A stretch of 61,282 nt of DNA from Bacteroidia bacterium (GTDB lineage Bacteria; Bacteroidota; Bacteroidia; AKYH767-A; OLB10), in assembly GCA_044448905.1 (NCBI GenBank), contig JBIOHJ010000001.1, positions 1 through 61,282 of the forward strand. The letters run 5' to 3'. Positions 47,133-57,150 of this stretch are shown here, piece after piece. The notes beneath the pieces are model-generated. The model saw nothing but the letters and a program-made list of their open reading frames with translations, did not search any database and was not told the DNA's origin. Within the stretch, counting starts at the first letter, position 1, and the number at the start of each line of letters is the position of its first letter. A program made the position numbers and the translations under genes.

Positions 47133-48269
47133 TTAATACTGATGTGCTCCATGACTTCCAATTACAAATATCCACCGCAACAGCACCTGGTAATTTCTTT
47201 CTGCGGAATTAATTGAAGTTGTTTTTCCTTCAATTTCAATTTTTTGAAATTCGGTTGCATACCAGCCGGCAGTTACCGATTCCGATTGCTGCTTGTAATC
47301 ATTATCGAAAGGAAGATTGGAATAATCGTACCGTGCAGTAACAAACCAGCGTTTTGCAACCTGATAAATTATCAATGAGTAAAATCCGAAAGAATTAATA
47401 GTATTTAATTCGTTCGTTTTTGCATTGCTGTAATAAAACTCGCTTTGCCAGGTAAATGATTTATAGGTATTCATCTGGAGCGGCTTCCATTTGTATGTTA
47501 AATCGCCTGCTAAAATATTTGTAGTAAAAGCTGAGTCGTTTTCCCCGGAAATTCCTGTAATGCCTAATTCAAGAGTGGTGTTCTGATTCAGGTCCCAGAA
47601 ATTTTTCAGGTGAGCAAGTTTCAGTAAATCAGTTTTTGAACTATGCACGAAGCTTGGGTTTTCGTGTGGACCATCCGTCAGCTCAAAAGTGAGTTCCTGA
47701 TAAAATTTATTATTAGGAATCAGCCAGCTTAACGAAAGCCCGTCATCTTTCAATCCTTCATCGCCAAAATAATTTACATACGCATCGGGCATAGAAATAA
47801 ACGGCAGCGCATGCCCGTGAACAGGGTTTATCCTGCCGAGCATGTTCTTGAACCTTCCGGCTTTTAATTGAAGATGTGCGGGCAATGATAAAGTGGTGAG
47901 ATACCCTTCTTCAATTTCACCTGTGAATTCTCCCGTTTCAGAATTTCTTGCAACCGAGTAAAAGAAATCGGCTTTTGCATACGGATCAATTACTGACTGA
48001 AAAGAAAATTCAGTTTCTTCCATATTAAAATTCAATTTCCGCGATTCACTGCTTATATAATGAGCACGAAAATCACCAATGACACTGATGTTGGGGTTTG
48101 AAGAAATCCCTGTTCGCACCGTTGTTCCTGCGACAGGAGCTTGATTTGAATTTAACTGCTGATCTATTATTTGTTTAAGCAAAACTGAATCCACTGCTGC
48201 GGAATCATTCTGCGCTTCTGCATGGTATTGAAGCAGGATTAATATTGAAATAAGAATATATGTTCGCAT
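47133..48269 (-). CDS. putative outer-membrane beta-barrel (porin-like) protein of the metal-uptake cluster
   Basis: Signal peptide MRTYILISILILLQYHAEAQ. Alternating beta-strand pattern, C-terminal aromatic residue. First gene of the co-directional cluster. Confidence 0.55.
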   Translation of the reverse strand: MRTYILISILILLQYHAEAQNDSAAVDSVLLKQIIDQQLNSNQAPVAGTTVRTGISSNPNISVIGDFRAHYISSESRKLNFNMEETEFSFQSVIDPYAKADFFYSVARNSETGEFTGEIEEGYLTTLSLPAHLQLKAGRFKNMLGRINPVHGHALPFISMPDAYVNYFGDEGLKDDGLSLSWLIPNNKFYQELTFELTDGPHENPSFVHSSKTDLLKLAHLKNFWDLNQNTTLELGITGISGENDSAFTTNILAGDLTYKWKPLQMNTYKSFTWQSEFYYSNAKTNELNTINSFGFYSLIIYQVAKRWFVTARYDYSNLPFDNDYKQQSESVTAGWYATEFQKIEIEGKTTSINSAERNYQVLLRWIFVIGSHGAHQY

Positions 48270-48364
48270 ATTTGATTTTCATTTTTATTAATTAATAAAA
48301 TTGTGAACTGGTTCAAAGATTTTGCAACAAAATCCCTGAACAACAAGAATGCGCTGAAAAAATT

Positions 48365-48700
48365 TCAGCTTAAAAGAGAAATTGCAGGAGGCCCTCTTAT
48401 TTCAAGCGAACGAAAAACATCGAAAGAAAAATCAATAACTGAAAAATTATATTTTGCGGTAATAAAACAAATTGCACTAAAATCAATATTGGAATTCGTA
48501 TCGGAAAAAGGAGAAATGAAAACCTGTAATATATCGCAGTGATGATGAATGTTGCCTACTGCATCACTACTGTTAGCACAATGAATTAAGTCAATGGTAT
48601 CGGCATGGCATGAAAACTCATGCACCAGCTCCTTAGGGATAATAAAAAGCGAACTGGTAAATAATAGAAAAACTGCAATATGTTTCTTAATGCAATTCAA
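48365..48700 (-). CDS. small His/Cys-rich membrane or secreted protein, hypothetical
   Basis: 111 aa. N-terminal hydrophobic segment, then HEFSCHADTIDLIHC...NIHHHCD. Competes with the + ORF 48303-48542. Confidence 0.4.
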   Translation of the reverse strand: MNCIKKHIAVFLLFTSSLFIIPKELVHEFSCHADTIDLIHCANSSDAVGNIHHHCDILQVFISPFSDTNSNIDFSAICFITAKYNFSVIDFSFDVFRSLEIRGPPAISLLS

Positions 48701-48798
48701 AATAAGATGAAAGGAAAAACAAAAGTAATGAAAATAATGAGCGAAAAAAAATCCCGCCAGCTTATGTGACGGGATTAAATTTTATTGTAGTCAGTATT

Positions 48799-51201
48799 TC
48801 AGCTTCCGCATACTTCGCAATCATCTTTATTATCAAGCGAACAACTGATTTCGGTTAAGGCTTCTTCTTTGACAACGCCTGTAATTACTTCGTTGCCGTT
48901 GTTATTGTTCACAATGTTATGATTGCTGTGACCTTCAACAGTAAACTTAATGGCATCGGTTGCGGATTTGGTGCGCAGATAATACATGCCGGTTTTTAAT
49001 CCTTTTTTCCAGCCGTAAAAATGCATGGAGGATAGTTTTGCAAAATTCGGATCGGATATAAATAAGTTGAGCGACTGGCTTTGGCAAATATAAGCGCCAC
49101 GGTCGGCAGCCATATCAATAAGCGAACGCTGCTTTATTTCCCAAACTGTTTTATAAATGTCTTTGATATTTTGGGGAATGGAATCAATATCCTGGATGGA
49201 GCCGTTAGCTCCAATAACTTTATTTTTCAGATCATCGTTCCATAAACCAAGATTTACCAGGTCTTTCAACAGATGTTTATTGACGATTACGTATTCGCCT
49301 GATAAAACCCTGCGCGTATAAATATTGGACGTATATGGTTCGAAACATTCGTTGTTGCCAAGAATTTGCGAAGTAGATGCTGTAGGCATCGGGGCAATGA
49401 GCAGTGAATTATACACTCCGTATTTTTTTATTTCTTCACGAAGCACCTCCCATTCCCATCCTGTATCGGGCTTGACGTTCCACATATCGAATTGCAAAAT
49501 CCCCTGCGAAATTGGTGAGCCTTCGTACGAAGAATACGGGCCGTGAATTTTCGCTAGATCTTTAGAAGCCGTTAATGCCGCATAGTAAATGGTTTCAAAA
49601 ATTTCGCGGTTCAGGTTGCGCGCTTCTTCCGATTCAAACGGGTAACGCATCAATATAAATGCATCAGCTAAGCCCTGCACACCAATTCCAATAGGCCGAT
49701 GGCGCATATTGCTGTTGCGCGCCTGTTCGATGGGATAATAATTTATGTCAATTATCTTGTTCAGGTTTTTTGTAATCGCATACGTGATTTCAAATAACCG
49801 CTGATAATCGAATACACCGGGCTTTCCGTTTGCGGGAGTTACAAACCGAGGCAATGCAATGGAGGCAAGATTGCAAACCGCAACTTCGTCCTTTGACGTA
49901 AACTCAACTATTTCGGTGCAGAGGTTGGAGCTTTTTATGGTGCCGAGATTCTTTTGATTTGATTTTTCGTTGCACGCATCTTTAAAAAGAATATAAGGCG
50001 TTCCGGTTTCGATTTGCGATTCGAGAATAGCGGACCATAATTCGCGTGCTTTAACTGATTTCCGCTGCTTGCCTTCCTGTTCGTATTTTGTATAGAGCAC
50101 TTCGAATTCTGCACCATAAGAATCGGAAAGACCAGGAGCTTCATTCGGGCAGAACAAACTCCATTCGCCTTCTTCTTCAACCCGCTTCATAAATAAATCA
50201 GGAACCCATAATGCGAAAAATAAATCGCGCGCACGCATTTCTTCTTTACCGTGGTTTTTCTTTAAATCTAAAAATTCAAAAATATCAGAATGCCAGGGCT
50301 CAAGATAAATTGCAAAAGAACCCTTGCGTTTACCACCGCCCTGGTCAACATAACGGGCTGTGTCATTAAACACGCGAAGCATCGGAATAATACCATTTGA
50401 AGTTCCGTTCGTACCGCGAATGTAAGAGCCGGTAGCACGGATGTTATGAATGCTCAGCCCGATTCCTCCTGCTGATTGCGAAATTTTTGCGCACTGGTGC
50501 AATGTTTCGTAAATTCCGTCAATACTGTCATCCTGCATTGTTAAAAGAAAACAAGATGAAAGCTGCGGCTTTGGTGTTCCGGCATTAAATAAAGTAGGTG
50601 TTGCATGAGTAAACCAGCGTTCGCTCATTAAATTATACGTTTCAATAGCCGACTCAATATCTTCTTTATGAATTCCAACTGACACACGCATGAGCATGTG
50701 CTGCGGACGTTCCACCACATGGCCATTTAATTTTAACAGGTAGGATTTTTCGAGTGTTTTGAAACCAAAAAAATCATATCCGAAATCGCGATCATAAATA
50801 ATTGTTGAATCCAGGAGCTGCGCATTTTTTTTAATGACGTGATACACATCATCAGCAAGCAGCGCTGCTTTTTTTCCGGTTTTGGGATCCATGTAATTAT
50901 GCAGATCGCTCATGGTTTCCGAAAAACTTTTCTTGGTGTTTTTGTGAAGGTTGCTTACCGCAATACGCGAAGCAAGCAAGGCATAGTCGGGGTGGCGAAC
51001 AGTTAACGATGCGGCTATTTCTGCAGCAAGATTATCCAGTTCGCTTGTGGTTACCCCGTCATAAACGCCTTCAATAACTTTTTGCGCAACCATAATTGGC
51101 TGCACATGCTCCGATAATCCATAGCAGAGCTTTTGAATACGCGCTGTGATTTTATCAAATTTCACAGACTCTTGTTTTCCGTCTCTCTTTACAACGTACA
51201 T
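48799..51201 (-). CDS. nrdA: ribonucleoside-diphosphate reductase, alpha subunit (class I)
   Basis: 800 aa. N-terminal ATP-cone ([16 protein letters not shown]), SNLCTEI active-site Cys region, C-terminal CxxC tail (CEVCGS). Confidence 0.95.
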   Translation of the reverse strand: MYVVKRDGKQESVKFDKITARIQKLCYGLSEHVQPIMVAQKVIEGVYDGVTTSELDNLAAEIAASLTVRHPDYALLASRIAVSNLHKNTKKSFSETMSDLHNYMDPKTGKKAALLADDVYHVIKKNAQLLDSTIIYDRDFGYDFFGFKTLEKSYLLKLNGHVVERPQHMLMRVSVGIHKEDIESAIETYNLMSERWFTHATPTLFNAGTPKPQLSSCFLLTMQDDSIDGIYETLHQCAKISQSAGGIGLSIHNIRATGSYIRGTNGTSNGIIPMLRVFNDTARYVDQGGGKRKGSFAIYLEPWHSDIFEFLDLKKNHGKEEMRARDLFFALWVPDLFMKRVEEEGEWSLFCPNEAPGLSDSYGAEFEVLYTKYEQEGKQRKSVKARELWSAILESQIETGTPYILFKDACNEKSNQKNLGTIKSSNLCTEIVEFTSKDEVAVCNLASIALPRFVTPANGKPGVFDYQRLFEITYAITKNLNKIIDINYYPIEQARNSNMRHRPIGIGVQGLADAFILMRYPFESEEARNLNREIFETIYYAALTASKDLAKIHGPYSSYEGSPISQGILQFDMWNVKPDTGWEWEVLREEIKKYGVYNSLLIAPMPTASTSQILGNNECFEPYTSNIYTRRVLSGEYVIVNKHLLKDLVNLGLWNDDLKNKVIGANGSIQDIDSIPQNIKDIYKTVWEIKQRSLIDMAADRGAYICQSQSLNLFISDPNFAKLSSMHFYGWKKGLKTGMYYLRTKSATDAIKFTVEGHSNHNIVNNNNGNEVITGVVKEEALTEISCSLDNKDDCEVCGS

Positions 51202-51293
51202 AATTTAGTGTTTAGGTTTGGTTAAAAGAAGTATCAAGTATCAAGACAAAAAAAATGTTAGGTTTTTTCTTATATCTTGATGCTTAGGTTTAA

Positions 51294-52253
51294 TTAAAAA
51301 TCCTCGTCAAATTTTATCATCTGGTGTTCCTTATTAACATTCACTCCTGATTTTTTGTATTCAGAAACTCTTTTCTCAAAGAAATTGGTTTTCCCCTGTA
51401 ATGAAATCATTTCCATGAAATCAAACGGGTTGAGTGAATTATAAATTTTAGAATAGCCCAAAGACGCCAGTAAGCGGTCGGCTACAAATTCAATATATTG
51501 GCACATCAGTTTTGCATTCATGCCAATCAGTGAAACCGGTAATGCATCGGTAACAAATTCATGTTCGCAGGCTACGGCATCTTTAATGATAGAATGTACC
51601 TGCTCCTGGGATAATTTAGTTTTAAGCATACCATATAATAAGCATGCAAAATCGCAATGCAAGCCTTCGTCACGCGAGATGAGCTCGTTCGAAAAACTTA
51701 AGCCTGGCATCAATCCTCTTTTTTTCAGCCAAAAGATTGAGCAGAAACTTCCGCTGAAGAAAATTCCTTCCACAGCTGCAAAGGCAACCAGCCTTTCGGC
51801 AAAGCTGCCGTTATTAATCCATGTTAATGCCCACTGCGCTTTTTTCTGAACGCAGGGTACCGTATCAATGGCATGAAATAAACGGGTCTTTTCTTTGGGG
51901 TCCTTTATATAAGCGTCTATTAATAAGGAGTAGGTTTCGGACTGTATGTTCTCCATCATTATCTGGAAACCATAAAAGCACCGGGCTTCCGGAAGCTGAA
52001 CTTCCTTCATAAAATTTACAGCCAGGTTTTCGTTTACAATTCCATCGCTGGCCGCAAAAAAAGCAAGCACATGTTTTATAAAATGACGTTCGTCATCGTT
52101 CAACCGTTCCCAGTCTTTCAGGTCGGGATGAAGGTCAATTTCTTCGGCTGTCCAAAATCCGGCTTCATGCTTTTTATACATGTCCCATATTTCAGGATAT
52201 CTGATTGGTAATAATACAAAGCGGTCTTTGTTTTCTTCTAAGAGTACTTCCAT
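51294..52253 (-). CDS. nrdB: ribonucleoside-diphosphate reductase, beta subunit
   Basis: 319 aa. Diiron/tyrosyl motifs ([34 protein letters not shown]). C-terminal acidic tail ending in F. Confidence 0.95.
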   Translation of the reverse strand: MEVLLEENKDRFVLLPIRYPEIWDMYKKHEAGFWTAEEIDLHPDLKDWERLNDDERHFIKHVLAFFAASDGIVNENLAVNFMKEVQLPEARCFYGFQIMMENIQSETYSLLIDAYIKDPKEKTRLFHAIDTVPCVQKKAQWALTWINNGSFAERLVAFAAVEGIFFSGSFCSIFWLKKRGLMPGLSFSNELISRDEGLHCDFACLLYGMLKTKLSQEQVHSIIKDAVACEHEFVTDALPVSLIGMNAKLMCQYIEFVADRLLASLGYSKIYNSLNPFDFMEMISLQGKTNFFEKRVSEYKKSGVNVNKEHQMIKFDEDF

Positions 52254-52545
52254 AATGTTTAAAAAAGTTTGTGGTTAAAGGTTTAGGTCAATGTTAGGTG
52301 GGCAAAATTTCAGGAGACTTTTTTGGTCTCAATGCTGTTTACACTCGATAAGATTTTAAATTTGAATAAGGACTAACAAAAATTTTTTACTAAAAAACCT
52401 GTTTTATTTCCGTTCACAAAACTCATTAAAAGTACAGGTTAAAACAAACTAATTTTATGAACATTGGTTGATTTTTATCAACAAAACATACGTTGAAAAT
52501 TATTTAAAAATATTTATTTGATATCAATTAAAAAATATCTATGCA

Positions 52546-53127
52546 TCAGAGAGGCTGTTTCTCCAATGCCTTGCTGGCAGCGAGTTTGAGCTGGTTAAAC
52601 CAGGTTGTGCCATATTTACGCAACAAAGAATTTTTTACGAACATGTAAACGGGCATTTTTAATTTTTTTCCCAACTGACAGGCGTGACTGCAAATTTCCC
52701 ACTCATGATAATTTACCGCTTCATAGTTTTTATATTTTGTAATGCGAACAGGATAGAGGTGGCAGGAAATGGGCTTTTGAAAATTTATTTTTTTTTCGCT
52801 GTGCGCTTTTTCGATTCCGCATTGGGCGATTCCATTTTTATAAATCGTGTACGCGCAAGCTCCATTTCCATTTATCAAAGGAGTAACAAAATCTCCATCA
52901 GTGTCTTTTACATACATACCATCTTTTTCAAGTGTTTCAATTCCTTCTTTAGTAAGATAAGGTTTTACATCTTCATAAATATCTTCGAGAATTTTCAGTT
53001 CGTTGTTTTCGAGCGGTGCACCGGATACTCCTTCCACACAGCAGGCTCCTTTGCATTTATTCAAATCGCAAACAAATTTCTCCCTGATCAATTCATCCGA
53101 AACAAGAGTATTACCAATAGCAATCAT
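52546..53127 (-). CDS. DUF3109-family Cys-rich protein
   Basis: N-terminus VSDELIREKFVCDLNKCKGACCVEG, recognised as the DUF3109 signature. Confidence 0.65.
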   Translation of the reverse strand: MIAIGNTLVSDELIREKFVCDLNKCKGACCVEGVSGAPLENNELKILEDIYEDVKPYLTKEGIETLEKDGMYVKDTDGDFVTPLINGNGACAYTIYKNGIAQCGIEKAHSEKKINFQKPISCHLYPVRITKYKNYEAVNYHEWEICSHACQLGKKLKMPVYMFVKNSLLRKYGTTWFNQLKLAASKALEKQPL

Positions 53128-53175
53128 CTTCGATTTTTTTAAGGAGTGTAAAAGTAATCAAGTAAGCTTCACTAA

Positions 53176-54087
53176 TCACCCGATCTTCCAAATTATAACT
53201 GAACGATCGTCACCGGCAGAAATAAAAAAATCATTTTTCCAAAGCAGCGTATTTACTGAATTTAAATGCCCGCCTGATCTTTCTATATCAAGGCGAACTA
53301 TGACTTCAAATTTTTCCGCATCCCATATTTTAATTGTTTTATCCCGGCTGGCAGTTGCAAAGAATTTTTTATCCGGACTGAATTCAATTGAATAGATAGC
53401 ATAGTTATGTGCCGGAATGGATTTTATTAATGAATAATTATTCTTCACATCAAAAATATTAAGATGTGCATCGCGCGAACCGGAGAATAAAAAATTTCCA
53501 TCAGGAGAATATTGAACAGTATTGACTGAAAATTTTTGCTGATGCGCCAGCCATCTTTTTTTCTGTTCGAATGATGGCAATTCAAACACACAAATACTTC
53601 CGTCACCACAGCCAATAGCTATTTCTTTTTGTGAGGGATGAACCGCAATGCTTCTTAATTTTTCATCGGCAAGCTTAAAAGCTTTTATCAGTGAAAGATC
53701 ATCGAGCTTACTTACAGAAAAAGAACCATCACCACCTGCCGAAAATAATAAATTATGCTCCTGCGAAAAATTAATATCAAAAACTGCAGCGCTATGATAT
53801 TTAAGCAGGCGAATTTCCTTTCGTGAAACAAGATCAATTATATGCATTCCCCCGGCTGATTGCCCGACCAATAAAATTTTCTTTTCCGGAATTAATTTCA
53901 GCGAGTAAATTATTTCAGGAACATTGGCAAGCATTTGTCCCGCGTCAGGGTTTTTTAAGTCCCACTCGGCAATAATACGATCGCTGCCTCCGGAGAAAAA
54001 TTTATTTTCATCCAAAGAATTTTCAAGAGCATAAACTGCCCCGGTGTGACCTGCAAATTGTGAAATCTTTTTTACTACTATCTGCAT
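53176..54087 (-). CDS. WD40-repeat protein
   Basis: 303 aa. About 7 WD-like repeats (e.g. SRDKTIKIWD, GDDRSVIIWK). Confidence 0.8.
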   Translation of the reverse strand: MQIVVKKISQFAGHTGAVYALENSLDENKFFSGGSDRIIAEWDLKNPDAGQMLANVPEIIYSLKLIPEKKILLVGQSAGGMHIIDLVSRKEIRLLKYHSAAVFDINFSQEHNLLFSAGGDGSFSVSKLDDLSLIKAFKLADEKLRSIAVHPSQKEIAIGCGDGSICVFELPSFEQKKRWLAHQQKFSVNTVQYSPDGNFLFSGSRDAHLNIFDVKNNYSLIKSIPAHNYAIYSIEFSPDKKFFATASRDKTIKIWDAEKFEVIVRLDIERSGGHLNSVNTLLWKNDFFISAGDDRSVIIWKIG

Positions 54088-54133
54088 AATGGCTGCAAGT
54101 TAAATTAAAATTGAATAATTACTTTTGAATCGA

Positions 54134-54832
54134 ATGAACCCCGAACAAAAGCTAATTATCAAAAGTTTTATTCCTCCATTATTTTTTGTCGCATTCATAT
54201 GGCTGGTAAAAATTATTGAAATAACAGTTCCCGTTAATTTAGATAAATACGGGGTGTTTCCCCGCGATCTTGCCGGATTAACCGGAATTATTGCTACCCC
54301 GCTTATCCATGCCGATTTTGAACATTTGATTTCTAACTCCATCCCGCTTTTGATTCTTGGTGCCGGTTTGGTTTATTTTTATAAAGAGATTGCGCTGAAA
54401 GTTTTTTTGCTCATTTATTTTCTCAGCGGATTCTGGCTTTGGCTGATTGGCAGAGAGAGTTATCATATTGGTGCAAGCGGAGTGGTATATGGATTGATTA
54501 CCTTTTTATTTTTCAGCGGAATATTTCGTAAACACACGGGGCTTATGGCGCTTTCGCTGGTTGTTGTTTTTTTATATGGCGGATTAGTGTGGGGAATTTT
54601 TCCGTTGTTTAAACAGATGTCGTGGGAAGGTCATTTGTGTGGTTCGATAGCCGGAATACTTTTAGCTTTTGTTTATCGCAAAGAGGGCCCGCAAAAAAAA
54701 GTGTATGAATGGGAGCTGGAGGAGGAAGAAGAGGAAAGCAAGAAAGAGATTGAATTCAAAAGTGATATTGCAGAAGAAAAAACAAATATTAATTATGTTT
54801 ACAAAAAAGATGATGATGAAAGTAAACCTTAA
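54134..54832 (+). CDS. rhomboid-family intramembrane serine protease
   Basis: GASGVVYG (catalytic Ser) and EGHLCGSIAG (His), 6 TM helices. ATG at 54134 preferred, because TACTTTTG (54120-54127) overlaps the TTG at 54125. Confidence 0.8.
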   Translation: MNPEQKLIIKSFIPPLFFVAFIWLVKIIEITVPVNLDKYGVFPRDLAGLTGIIATPLIHADFEHLISNSIPLLILGAGLVYFYKEIALKVFLLIYFLSGFWLWLIGRESYHIGASGVVYGLITFLFFSGIFRKHTGLMALSLVVVFLYGGLVWGIFPLFKQMSWEGHLCGSIAGILLAFVYRKEGPQKKVYEWELEEEEEESKKEIEFKSDIAEEKTNINYVYKKDDDESKP

Positions 54833-54835
54833 AGT

Positions 54836-55237
54836 ATGAATAAAATCGAACACATCGGAATAGCAGTAAAGAATCTTGAAGAATCCAATAAGCTTTTTGC
54901 AAAACTTCTTGGGTTCAGCCATTATAAAATTGAAGATGTTGAGCTTGAAAAAGTGAAAACCTCATTTTTCAAAACCGGGGAAACTAAATTAGAATTGCTG
55001 GAAGCCACTTCTCCTGAAAGCGCCATTTACAAATTTGTTGAGAAAAGAGGCGAAGGGCTACATCATATAGCATTTGCTGTAACCGATATTCGTGCTGAAA
55101 TGAAAAGATTGAAAGAAGAAGGATTTATTTTACTCCGTGATGAGCCAATGCCCGGAGCCGATAATAAGCTGGTTTGTTTTTTACATCCAAAATCAACCAA
55201 TTCGGTTTTGATTGAGTTGTGTGAGGAGATGAAATGA
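54836..55237 (+). CDS. mce: methylmalonyl-CoA epimerase (VOC superfamily)
   Basis: 133 aa. IEHIGIAV, GEGLHHIAFAV, FLHPKS...VLIELCE. Confidence 0.8.
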   Translation: MNKIEHIGIAVKNLEESNKLFAKLLGFSHYKIEDVELEKVKTSFFKTGETKLELLEATSPESAIYKFVEKRGEGLHHIAFAVTDIRAEMKRLKEEGFILLRDEPMPGADNKLVCFLHPKSTNSVLIELCEEMK

Positions 55238-55239
55238 GT

Positions 55240-55887
55240 TTAAAGTTTAAAGTTTAAAGTTTTTAAAAAAATTTCCTGAAGCAATTTTTTTAAGTCAGAG
55301 TTTTTGGTATCAAGATGAAAAGAGGTTAAACCGGCTTTTCTTGCACCTTCAACATGTTGAATAGAGTCGTCAATAAAAATAGTTTGGGAATAATCTAAAT
55401 TATTTTCGTTCATAACCAAATTGAAAATTTCAGCATCGGGTTTGCGCATTTTCAGAAAACAGCTGTAATATATTTTTTCGAACAAATTATCAAAAGCATT
55501 TTTGCCGAAATCGTTTTCAAAAAGCTTTGTAAACTCAGTAATGTGAATTGTGTTGGTATTGCTGAGGAGGAAGAGCCTGTATTTTCTTTTCAGCCCTACA
55601 AGAAAGTTGAATCTTTCTTTTGGAATGGTAAGGATTAATGAATTCCAGGCTTCATCTATTTGCTCGTCAGAAATATGAGCTGAAAAACTTTTGCGAATTT
55701 CATTCCTGAATTCATCATCTGAAATAATTCCCTTTTCGTAATTATCAAAAAAGTGTTCCTGCTTTTTTTGAGAATACACTTCGTCAAAATTTTTTATTCC
55801 GAGTTCTTTAAACGCTGCGGCTGTGTTTTCATAACTCACATCAAGTATAACACCTCCGAGGTCGAGAATAATATTTTTGACAATCAT
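55240..55887 (-). CDS. HAD-superfamily hydrolase (subfamily IA-like phosphatase)
   Basis: Motif I LDLGGVI, LLSNTN, KPD, FIDDS. Confidence 0.75.
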   Translation of the reverse strand: MIVKNIILDLGGVILDVSYENTAAAFKELGIKNFDEVYSQKKQEHFFDNYEKGIISDDEFRNEIRKSFSAHISDEQIDEAWNSLILTIPKERFNFLVGLKRKYRLFLLSNTNTIHITEFTKLFENDFGKNAFDNLFEKIYYSCFLKMRKPDAEIFNLVMNENNLDYSQTIFIDDSIQHVEGARKAGLTSFHLDTKNSDLKKLLQEIFLKTLNFKL

Positions 55888-55897
55888 TTCATGCTTG

Positions 55898-55971
55898 TGG
55901 GCCTACTTGGGCTCGAACCAAGGACCACCTGATTATGAGTCAGGTGCTCTAACCAACTGAGCTATAGGCCC
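55898..55971 (-). tRNA. tRNA with CAT anticodon (elongator Met or lysidine-modified Ile2)
   Basis: Reverse complement GGGCCTATAGCTCAGTTGGTTAGAGCACCTGACTCATAATCAGGTGGTCCTTGGTTCGAGCCCAAGTAGGCCCA folds as a cloverleaf. 7-bp acceptor stem, anticodon loop CTCATAA, TPsiC GGTTCGAGCC. Confidence 0.9.
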
Positions 55972-56002
55972 GGAATTTAATAAGAGGTGCGAAAGTATAT
56001 AT

Positions 56003-56833
56003 TTAGCTGCTATTTGACAAAGCATTTTTCTTCACCACCACAGCCGAAACATAAATACTTACTTCATACAAAAGGAACAGGGGAATAGCTACCAGGAGCT
56101 GGCTGGTAATGTCGGGCGATGGAGTAATCAGTGCTGCAACAATTAAGTTAACCACCATGGCATGCCTGCGGTACCTGCGCATGAACTGCGGAGTGATTAA
56201 CCCGATTTTGGAAAGGAAATAAACTACGATGGGTAATTCGAAAACGATGCCCGAAGCAAAGGTGAGGATGGTAACAGTAGAGATGTACGAATCGAGGTTA
56301 ATTTGATTTTTCACTTCGGTGCTTACCTGGTAGCTTCCTAAAAAGTTTATTGACATGGGGCTTATAATAAAATAGCCGAATAAAACCCCCGTAAAAAAAA
56401 GTATTGACGCGAAAAATACAATGCCTGTCGAATAGGATTTTTCTTTTTGTGTTAACGCGGGTTTAATAAACCGCCATAGCTCCCACAATAAATATGGAAA
56501 GCCTAAAACAATGCCGGTTACGATGGCAACCCAAACATGCAGGGAAAACTGCCCCGTCATTGAAATGTTGATTAGCGTAAACGGAACTTCGGTAATGCAT
56601 ATATCAATAGAAAATTTTTCGCTAAGCCAGCACAGGGCCCGATAGGTTGGAAAATGCGGATTGCGGGGCCCGAAAATAACGGTGTCGAAAATGAAACTCT
56701 TATTAATGAATGCAACAATGGCTATGGTAACAACGGCTAATACCGAACGTACCAAATGCCAGCGCAACGCCTCGAGATGATCGAGGAACGACATTTCGGT
56801 ATTGGGATCGGCTTTTTTGAAAAATCGGGACAT
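56003..56833 (-). CDS. tatC: twin-arginine translocase subunit TatC
   Basis: MSFLDHLEALRWHL N-terminal signature, 6 TM helices. ATG at 56833 preferred over the TTG-extended ORF that runs into the heptamer repeats. Confidence 0.9.
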   Translation of the reverse strand: MSRFFKKADPNTEMSFLDHLEALRWHLVRSVLAVVTIAIVAFINKSFIFDTVIFGPRNPHFPTYRALCWLSEKFSIDICITEVPFTLINISMTGQFSLHVWVAIVTGIVLGFPYLLWELWRFIKPALTQKEKSYSTGIVFFASILFFTGVLFGYFIISPMSINFLGSYQVSTEVKNQINLDSYISTVTILTFASGIVFELPIVVYFLSKIGLITPQFMRRYRRHAMVVNLIVAALITPSPDITSQLLVAIPLFLLYEVSIYVSAVVVKKNALSNSS

Positions 56834-56980
56834 AAGTAATAAGTAATGACCAATGAGCAATGAGCAATGAGCAATGAGCAATGACCAATAATCAATGAGC
56901 AATAATCAATGAGCAATGAGCAATGACCAATGAGCAATGAGCAATGAGCAATGTTCAATGTTCAATAGTCAATCTATAAT
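56834..56980. repeat. 21 tandem heptamers (GAGCAAT and variants) abutting the tatC start codon
   Basis: Read directly: AAGTAAT x2, GACCAAT x3, GAGCAAT x10, AATCAAT x2, GTTCAAT x2, AGTCAAT, CTATAAT. No phase breaks. Confidence 0.95.
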
Positions 56981-57150
56981 GGTGTAATATTAATTAATCC
57001 TGTTAAATATACTGTTTTCAGCTATTTACGGGGGATGGTTTTTAGCTTATTAAATTTTTTCAAAAGAAAGAACATTTTGATTTATGTATCGTAAAAACAT
57101 GGCATCTAACAGAATAGACTATTTATTAATCAAAACAAATCATAAATAAA

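Noticed and set aside
48303-48542. + strand 79-aa ORF as the real gene in the 48.3-48.7 kb gap
   Set aside because: It has no signal peptide or motif and is oriented against the cluster. The overlapping - strand ORF has a hydrophobic N-terminus and a His/Cys-rich segment that fits the metal-uptake context. Neither ORF is certain.
52254-52545. Riboswitch or NrdR-box regulation upstream of nrdB
   Set aside because: I could not recognise a cobalamin-riboswitch core or NrdR-box palindromes by eye. Only small AT-rich palindromes (GTTGATTTTTATCAAC, TTGATATCAA) are present, which is weak evidence.
56834-56902. N-terminal extension of TatC (MLIDYWSLLIAHCSLLIGHYLLL...) and the two overlapping IAHCSLL ORFs (56703-56888, 56737-56958)
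   Set aside because: These are translations of the heptamer array, which is open in all three frames. The extension starts at a TTG, and TatC homology begins at the ATG at 56833.
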